From the NCBI RefSeq assembly GCF_006345805.1, contig NW_021828584.1, positions 1 to 7,963 on the forward strand: a DNA stretch of 7,963 nt, in the 5' to 3' direction. Source of the stretch: Octopus sinensis. Lineage: Eukaryota. A program made the translations under genes and the position numbers. This document shows, piece after piece, positions 1 to 6,830 of the stretch (its first letter is position 1; each line of letters starts with the position of its first letter). Below the pieces are notes generated by a model. That model saw only the letters and a list, made by a program, of their open reading frames with translations. It searched no databases and was not told the DNA's origin.

Positions 1-380
1 TGTCATTTACTCTGAAGAGCTCAAGTTGTCGTTTACTCTGAAGAGCTCAAGATGCCATTTACTCTGAAGAGCTCAAGATGTCATTTACTTTGAATACCTC
101 AAAATGCCATTTACTCTGAATAGCTCAAGATGTTATTTACTCTGAAGAGCTCAAGATATCATTTACTCTGAATACCTCAAAATGTCAATTACTCTGAATA
201 GCTCAGGATATCATTTACTCTGAATACCTCAAAATGTCTATTACTCTGAAGAGCTCGAGATATCATTTACTCTGAATACCTCAAAATGTCAATTACTCTG
301 AATAGTTCAAGTTGTCATTTACTCTGAATAACTCAAGATGTCATTTACTCTGAAGAGTTCAAGATGTCTTTTACTCTGAC
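1..380. repeat. 26-bp minisatellite, consensus TGTCATTTACTCTGAAGAGCTCAAGA, ~14.6 copies, open at left edge
   Basis: Units start at 1, 27, 53, 79, 105, 131, 157, 183, 209, 235, 261, 287, 313, 339 and 365 (partial). Strict 26-nt period with substitutions only. Confidence 0.97.
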
Positions 381-420
381 TTTTCCCGTCGCCGTTCACT
401 CAGATGAGAAATCGAATAAA

Positions 421-810
421 CTTTACTTTTTACTCTTTACTCTTTTGTTTCAGTCATTTGACTGTGGCCATGCTGGAGCACCACCTTTAGTCGAGCAGAT
501 CGACCCCAGGACTTATTCTTTGGAAGCCTAGTACTTATTCTATCGGTCTCTTTTGCCGAACCGCTAAGTTACAGGGACGTAAACACACCAGCATCGTTTG
601 TCAAGAGATGTTGGAGGGACAGACACAGACACACAAACATATACACACACTTACAAATATACATATATACGACGGGCTTCTTTCAGTTTCCGTCTATCAA
701 ATCCACTCACAAGGCTTTGGTCGGCCCGAGGCTATAGTAGAAGACACTTGCCCAAGGTGCCACGCAGTAGGACTGAACCCGGAACCATGTGGTTCGTAAG
801 CAAGCTACTT
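421..810 (-). mobile_element. tRNA-derived SINE family A (Octopus-type), body and 3' tail; head interrupted at 810 by a 2-kb insertion
   Basis: Colinear with the intact copy at 6417-6830. Has a (GAGTAAA)n-like tail at 421-446, an internal CA/TA microsatellite at ~620-670 and B-box-like GGTTCAGTCC on the minus strand at ~771-780. Homology to the intact copy stops at 810 and resumes at 2855. Confidence 0.9.
796..810. repeat. Left target-site duplication GTAAGCAAGCTACTT (15 bp)
   Basis: Identical to 2855-2869. Present once, uninterrupted, in the intact SINE A copy at 6799-6813. Confidence 0.92.
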
Positions 811-2854
811 TATTTCATAAATTTGCCATATAGACAGTACAAAGAGCAGCTGCGGGCTGGACAAATACATTAACGAATGAAAATGAAATATGATGAATAA
901 ATGAGAGGCGAAACCCAACACCCGCCGATTGGATTTTTCTCAAAAACATATTTTCTTTTCTTTTTTTTAAGCCAATATGAGGTTTCAAACCTCTTACAAG
1001 GAGGAGGCACTAAAACCTCTTACTTAACATGTTTTCTTTTTTTTTTCTTTCTTAAAGCACAAAATTGAGGTTATAAACCACTACAAAATAATCCAATAAG
1101 ATGAGGTTTCAAACCCTGTAACGAGGGTCTTTCACCTCCTACTCTTCGATATATCCATCGATATATTCATCATTATCTTCAATGCCGCTTGAGTTCCTGT
1201 ATCCCGCCATTTCCCATACCTCACTCATGCAGGACATGTAAGTCGTGTAAGGGCCACCCGGCCATATGCGACACTCCTCCCCAAATCCTTTAAGCCTTTC
1301 CCACAAGGGAAACCTTATGACCTCCACAGCTATCTGCGGAGGCCATTCGGGGTCCCGTGTGAAGGGCATATCTACTGTTTCTTTAAGTTCTTCTACTATT
1401 TTTTCCACCTCCCCGCCCTTGTAGAAAAAGATAATTAATTGATCATCTTTAAGGGTGGGGGTGGTTTCTTCCACCGTGGGTGGCACAACTTCGGGACATG
1501 CAGTCGGCACATCATCTCCCCGCTGAGATGACCCGTTCTTCTTCTTTTTTTTCTTTTCTTCCTGGCTTCGGGAGAGCGGAGCTCTTCCTTTTATCCGGAG
1601 ACTCTCCCCCGCCTTCCGAAGCCTTAGGTTCCTTCGGCGGGCAACTATTGTTGCCCGCCTTCTTCCTTTTTGAGTTGAGGAGGATGAAGCCTCCTCGACC
1701 ACATCCACCTCTCCCTTTGACCGTGTAGGGGAGGTGGCATCTAGTGACTGTTCCAGGACCTTACCATGGTCCTGGGGGCAGTTCCTTTTAATGTGGTCTG
1801 GCTGCAGGCACGAGTGACACTTTGGGGGACGTCCCTCAAGTATCACCGGATACATGCAGCCAGTCATTTTCAAGAAATCTGGAAAAACCAGTTCTGTTGC
1901 GGCCGATGTGGTCCACAGGGTTAAAAACGCTTTTGACCCTTCCCAATCGACTGCCGGCAATACTCTTACATTTAAGAGCCTGGGCCCGCCATCTCCCAGT
2001 CCCCGTCGGATGGTATCTTCAATCCAGTCCGCTTCGGTGCCCGGGGGGAGCCCACATACCCAGGCTCGTATCAATTTTCTTCCACAATATGACGGGAGAA
2101 ACAGAATTGCCTTGCCTTCTAAAGGCTGACTCGCAAACTGGCGAGCCTTTTCCCCGTTGTCAAACAGCAACCATACGGTTGCATGTTTGACACCACGGGA
2201 TATATATGTTACAGAGGACAAATGTTCTTTAAGTTCATTTTTTATGACTGTTTTGGAAGACGGTGATGGAATTAAAAACTTTAGAATACGTTCTAAGTAC
2301 CACCGTCCTTCTCTCCATATCTTTTAACCACTGCTTAGGCGGGTTAATTTCCCACTCTAAGATAGAGTTTTTCTTTTTAAGTTCCTTCTCTGCCATGTCA
2401 AAAAACAGTTCAAAAGTAGTTCAAAAGACAGTCTGCCAAAAAATTAAACCGAATAAAAATAAAACAAAATAAAAGAGGAGGGGAGGAAACTGAAATTAAA
2501 GTAATGAAAAGAATGAACCAAAATTTAGAAAAAATAGAAGGGAAGAGTAAAAGAAAAACCTCACAAATAGCACAGACAGGGAATCCTTTGTATAATACTC
2601 CAAAAAGGTAATCCAAAAAGGTAATTCAAATGGCTTATTCTTATTTTTCTGGCGAGATACGCCCACTAGAATTCACAAGAAGAATTTTCAAAAACATTCT
2701 CAATTCACCTTTACGGTGATGAGAACCCAGTATTTTGGTCGCTATAGCGAGCCATAATTGACAACTTTTCTTTTTGTTCTTTTTTTCTATTTGCGGAGCC
2801 GAAACTCACATCTGCTCACTGTAACAGTCCAGACCAACTAGTGTTGCATTCTGG
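811..2854 (-). mobile_element. ORF1-only non-autonomous non-LTR retrotransposon (HAL1-like, L1/Tx1-type), 2044 bp
   Basis: Flanked by an exact 15-bp TSD. Single ORF1/Gag-like gene, ~458-nt 5' UTR and ~328-nt 3' UTR. The 3' end reads ...TTATGAAATA|AAGTAGC, so AATAAA spans the junction and there is no long poly(A). No RT/endonuclease ORF, and no LTR or TIR seen. Confidence 0.8.
1139..2396 (-). CDS. LINE ORF1/Gag-like nucleic-acid-binding protein (RRM-like region + CCHC zinc knuckle); one frameshift near 2270-2280, ~418 aa if repaired
   Basis: Track ORF 1139..2221 starts at a TTG, but its frame stays open up to 2323. An ATG at 2396 in good Kozak context (GACATGG) gives MAEKELKKKNSILEWEINPPKQWLKDMERRTVVLRTYSKV in the adjacent frame. 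CHSCLQPDHIKRNC (CX2CX4HX4C) lies at 1778-1819, preceded by YPVILEGRPPK. RAWVCGLPPGTEADWIEDTI resembles the RRM-type segment of L1/Tx1-group ORF1 proteins. A Lys/Arg-rich linker follows the knuckle. Confidence 0.8.
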
Positions 2855-2891
2855 GTAAGCAAGCTACTTACCACACAGCTACTCTTACGCC
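2855..2891 (-). mobile_element. 5' head of the SINE A copy at 421-810, including the right TSD 2855-2869
   Basis: GTAAGCAAGCTACTTACCACACAGCTACTCTTACGCC matches the head of the intact copy (GTAAGCAAGCTACTTACCACAGATCCACTCCT, 6799-6830). The minus strand gives A-box-like TAGCTGTGTGG. Confidence 0.88.
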
Positions 2892-3052
2892 TAATTACAT
2901 AATATTAATTTTTTTCTTATATAGACATTTCAAAGACAAAAAGAAAAGCATTTTATAACAGCATCCTTAGAGAGAAAAAAACTGCTTGAAATTGATTGGT
3001 TAAGCGTCGCCTTAGGAACGTTATGTCAAAAGTTGATTTTTTTTTTGGCAAA

Positions 3053-3463
3053 TCACGCGTTCAGATAATCGCTTTTCTTTGCCTCGTGTTCCCGGAATCT
3101 CTTCGTCTTCGGCGGAGCTTCGAGGAGCGGCCGGAACGCGGCGGGTGCTGACGATTCTGGATTATAATATTGATAATGCTGTCTGATTGTGTTTTTACAA
3201 CCAGTGTTGAACAGCGGAGGAGGTCTGCGTGAGGAGGTCTTCCTCTCAGAGCAATTATGGATCTGAAGCAAGCGTGCTGCCGCCTCGGCGGAGTGTGATG
3301 GAATTAAATTTTTAAGGTAGTCGGGTAGCAGGCCATCAACTCTGTTGCTCATAGGGAAGAATCTCAAGTTAGCAGTCACAGCTGAGGCCGTATCACTGTC
3401 AGGGATTTGAAAATCCCTGATGCCTGTCGAAGGGTCCCGGTGCTTGAGAACAAGAACAACCAA
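3053..3463 (-). other. GC/CpG-richer unique segment with a 136-codon open frame; possible coding exon or TE remnant, product unknown
   Basis: Stop-free for 411 nt and not SINE-derived. A pyrimidine-rich TTCTTGTTCTCAAG acceptor-like sequence lies near its start. No protein family recognised. Confidence 0.3.
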
Positions 3464-3484
3464 AACGTCCGGTGTGGGGTCAAG

Positions 3485-3689
3485 TATTTATTTCTTTACA
3501 ACCCACAAGGGGCTAAACACAGAGAGGACAAACAAGGACAGACAAACGGACTTAAGTCGATTACATCGACTCCAGTACGTAACTGGTACTTAATTTATCG
3601 ACCCCGAAAGGATGAAAGGCAAAGTCGACCTCGGCGGAATTTGAACTCAGAACGTAACGGCAGATGAAATACGGCTACGCATTTCGCCC
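3485..3689 (-). mobile_element. tRNA-derived SINE family B, single unit with 5'-truncated head
   Basis: Reverse complement of the unit at 7148-7331 plus part of the head (GGGCGAAATGCGTAGCCG). Contains B-box-like GAGTTCAAATTCC. Confidence 0.9.
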
Positions 3690-3716
3690 TGTGTGGGTTC
3701 GAGTATTGCGTCGCTA

Positions 3717-4187
3717 GATAAATTAAGTACCAGTTACGCATTGGGGTCGATGTAATCGACTTAATCCGTTTGTCTGTCCTTGTTTGTGTCCTCTATATTT
3801 AACCCCTTGTGAGCAGTAAAGAAATAGGTATTTCGTCTGCCGCTACGTTCTAAGTTCAAATTCCGCCGAGGTCGACTTTGCCTTTCATCCTTTCGGGATC
3901 GATAAATTAAGTACCAGTTACGCACTGGGGTCGATATAATCGACTTAATCCGTTTGTCTGTCCTTGCTTGTCCTCTCTATATTTAACCCCTTGTGAGCAG
4001 TAAAGAAATAGGTACTTCGTCTGGCGCTACGTTCTGAGTTCAAATTCCGCCGAGGTCGACTTTGCCTTTCATCCTTTCGGGGTCGATAAATTAAGTACCA
4101 ACCAGTTGCGTACTGGAGTCGATCTAATCGACTGGCCCCCCTCCCACCAAAATAGTTTCGGGCCTTTTGCCTGAAGTAGAAAAGAAT
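3717..4187 (+). mobile_element. SINE family B tandem multimer (184-bp period), headless, ending in the GGCCCCCTCCC...AGTAGAAAAGAAT tail
   Basis: GATAAATTAAGTACC recurs at 3717, 3901 and 4085. The terminal segment matches 7600-7682. Confidence 0.92.
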
Positions 4188-4199
4188 AATACTATTTAA

Positions 4200-4463
4200 T
4201 TGTGCTGTAATAGTGTACCTACGGCCACGATCGCAAGATTGTTGTTTCGATTCTCGGACCGGGCGTTGCATTGTGTTCTTGAGCAAGACACTTCACTTTG
4301 CTCGAGTCCATTCAGCTGTAAACGAGGTCAACTATAAATGAGGTCAGCGACGGACCGGCGTCCCGTTCAAGAGTATTGTTGTGACCTCGTTCACTTATAC
4401 GCCATGGAACCCAGGTAACCGACGCTATCTGCCCCACGGCTCGAAACCGTACTTTACTTTTAC
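4200..4463 (+). mobile_element. Degenerate third SINE-like element
   Basis: B-box-like GTTTCGATTCTC at 4244-4255, followed by TGTGTTCTTGAGCAAGACACTT (a motif I recall from tRNA-SINE cores) and a (TTTAC)n-like tail at 4451-4463. Only one copy in the window. Confidence 0.5.
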
Positions 4464-4485
4464 TGTGTGTGATTTAAGAATTATT

Positions 4486-4742
4486 TGGTTGTTATTTCTA
4501 GCAGATCGATGAACTCATAAAGGATCCTTCGTTAGCTTATTAAGGAGTTGTCGTCGTTGTTGTTTATTTCGAGCAGGCTTATAGCTCATAATCAAAGCGT
4601 TCCGATCGTGGCCATTCCATTTTCCAGACAGTTTATCCAGGTCTACATCCGATGAGTCGTTTCTCTCTCTTATGTTGGCTGTGTGCGGTGTGAGAAAAAT
4701 GTGGCTGCTATTTCTAGCAGATGATCACCCACGATGAGGCTC
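4486..4742 (+). repeat. Degenerate dispersed repeat carrying TGGCTGCTATTTCTAGCAG motifs
   Basis: Motif at 4486-4505 and 4702-4721, with an inverted copy at 5197-5215. The 4702 and 5197 copies are both followed by GAGGCTC. Boundaries uncertain. Confidence 0.4.
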
Positions 4743-4964
4743 TCTCTCCTTGCGAGTGATGTCCCCAGCTGCGGTGAGAGTCAACATAGCCTTTTGTCCT
4801 TCCGGTGTCGAAATTGATGAAGATTAGGTAGGTCTTGTAGATTTTAGACAGTGGGTGATGGGTTGTCAGGGTGACAGGAAATACCCACCCTTCCATTCAC
4901 CTCCACTGAAGTTAGAGAGGTTAACGAGAAACTGTTATAGTTTGTCAAGTGGACACAAAAGGAA

Positions 4965-5088
4965 ACACCACACATCTACAAACACCGTTACATACGCACA
5001 TACACACGCTCTACGCACATGCGCAGACACACACATACCCCCACTACACATCAATAAATACATGAATGAATAAATAAATAAATAAAAT
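4965..5088. repeat. Degenerate CA-rich and (AATA)n low-complexity tract
   Basis: Imperfect CACA/CATA run followed by TAAATAAATAAATAAA. Confidence 0.7.
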
Positions 5089-5246
5089 GAGATCTGATAA
5101 TATATAATAAACCACTAAAATTTGGAGGAGATAGACTGACGAATGGTTGTCTATGTCGAGTCAACAAACGATGGAGCCTCCATGCGGTCGTACGTCTTGC
5201 TAGAAATATCAGCTAGTCTTCCTCAAATGCACACCTATCTTTAATA

Positions 5247-6005
5247 CCTATATCTTTACTACCCACAAGGGGCTAAACACAGAGGGGACAAACAAGGACA
5301 GACAAACGGATTAAGTCGATTACATCGACCCCAGTGCGTAACTGGTACTTAATTTATAGACCCCGAAAGGATGAAAGGCAAAGTCAACCACGGCGGAGTT
5401 TGAACTCAGAACGTAGCGGCAGTCGAAATACCTATTTCTTTACTACCCACAAGGGGCTAAACATAGAGGGGACAGACAAACGGATTAAGTTGATTATACC
5501 GACCCCAGTGCATAACTGGTCCTTAATTTATAGACCCCCGAAAGGATGAAAGGCAAATTCGACCTCGGCGGAATTTGAACTCAGAACGTAGCGGCAGACG
5601 AAATACCTATTTCTTTACTACCCACAAGGGGCTAAACATAGAGGGGACAGACAAACGGATTAAGTTGATTATACCGACCCCAGTGCATAACTGGTCCTTA
5701 ATTTATAGACCCCCGAAAGGATGAAAGGCAAATTCGACCTCGGCGGAATTTGAACTCAGAACGTAGCGGCAGACGAAATACCTATTTCTTTACTACCCAC
5801 AAGGGGCTAAACATAGAGGGGACAGACAAACGGATTAAGTTGATTATACCGACCCCAGTGCATAACTGGTCCTTAATTTATAGACCCCCGAAAGGATGAA
5901 AGGCAAATTCGACCTCGGCGGAATTTGAACTCAGAACGTAGGGGCAGTCGAAATACTGCAAATCATTTCGCCCGGCGTGCTTTTCTGCCAGCTCGCCGCC
6001 TTACA
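5247..6005 (-). mobile_element. SINE family B tetramer (head + three ~175-bp units + one 184-bp unit) with 11-bp TSD TATCTTTAATA
   Basis: Unit starts (TACCTA) at 5245, 5429, 5604 and 5779. Head GGCGGCGAGCTGGCAGAAA at ~5954-6002 on the minus strand. TATCTTTAATA at 5236-5246 and 6006-6016. Confidence 0.92.
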
Positions 6006-6222
6006 TATCTTTAATAACTTTAATGAAGTAAAAACACACAAAAGAAAACTGCTGAACACGCTGGAAAATATAGGGCCAAGGTATATGAAAATACGAGATG
6101 ACGATGGGTAAATGACTCTTTGAACAGTTCTAGACTGCCAGGAATTGCCATTAGCCAAAGAGGAAGCTTCTATGCCAACGGTTCACAATCTGGAATCTAT
6201 GGCCCAGAGTGTTCCAGAAATA

Positions 6223-6416
6223 TACTCTTTTTACTCTTTTTCTTGTTTCAGTCATGTGACTGTGGCCATGGAGGAGCACCGCCTTTAGTCGAGCAAATTG
6301 ACCCCGGGACTTATTCTATCGGACTCTTTTGCCGAACCGCTAAGTTACGGGGACGTAAACACACCAACATCGGTTGTCAAGCGATGTTAGGGGGACAAAC
6401 ACAGACACACAAACAC
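6223..6416 (-). mobile_element. SINE family A 3' half (5'-truncated at the internal microsatellite)
   Basis: Colinear with 421-640 and 6417-6630. Has a ~22-nt internal deletion between two CTTATTCT direct repeats. Confidence 0.88.
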
Positions 6417-6632
6417 ATACTCTTTACTCTTTTACTTGTTTCAGTCATTTGACTGTGGCCATGCTGGAGCACCACCTTTAGTCGAGCAAATCGCTCCCCG
6501 GACTTATTCTTTGTAAGCCCAGCACTTATTCTATCGGTCACTTTTGCCGAACCGCTAAGTTACGGGGACGTAAACACACCAGCATCGGTTGTCAAGCAAT
6601 GTTGGGGGCAGAAACACACACAAACATACACA

Positions 6633-6674
<42 letters not shown>

Positions 6675-6830
6675 TACGACGGGCTTCTTTCAGTTTCCGT
6701 CTACCAAATCCACTCACAAAGATTTGGTCGGCCCGATGCTATAATAGAAGACGCCCAAGGTGCCTCGCAGTGGGACTGAACCCGGAACCATGTGGTTGGT
6801 AAGCAAGCTACTTACCACAGATCCACTCCT
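6417..6830 (-). mobile_element. SINE family A, near full length
   Basis: Tail (TACTCTT)n on the plus strand, body, (TA)16 at 6635-6666 and an intact tRNA-like head with B-box-like GGTTCAGTCC. Confidence 0.92.

Noticed and set aside
598-873. ORFs 598..873 and 608..799, with look-alikes 6120..6452 and 6599..6802
   Set aside because: Translations of SINE A and its CA/TA microsatellite.
1480-2190. Plus-strand ORFs 1480..1728, 1822..2190 and 1854..2129
   Set aside because: Antisense shadows of the ORF1-like gene with no recognisable motifs.
2263-2616. ORFs 2263..2472 (+) and hydrophobic 2410..2616 (-) as a possible small membrane protein
   Set aside because: The hydrophobicity comes from the T-rich pyrimidine tract of the 5' UTR, and 2263..2472 is antisense to the ORF1 N-terminus.
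811-2854. LTR retrotransposon gag or DNA transposon interpretation of the insert
   Set aside because: No terminal direct or inverted repeats and no TG...CA ends. A 15-bp TSD is longer than the usual 4-6 bp of LTR elements.
3399-3440. Hammerhead ribozyme at CCCTGATGCC...GAAGGG (also CAGATGAGAAA near 401)
   Set aside because: The core would need CUGAUGA and GAAA with three stems, and neither site fits.
4714-5073. ORFs 4714..4896 and 4855..5073
   Set aside because: Short, overlapping degenerate repeat and CA-rich low-complexity sequence, with no motifs.
5245-5953. CRISPR-like regular repeat array (also 1-380, 3717-4187 and 7148-7682)
   Set aside because: Units are contiguous tandem copies with no unique spacers, there are no cas genes and the context is eukaryotic SINE sequence.
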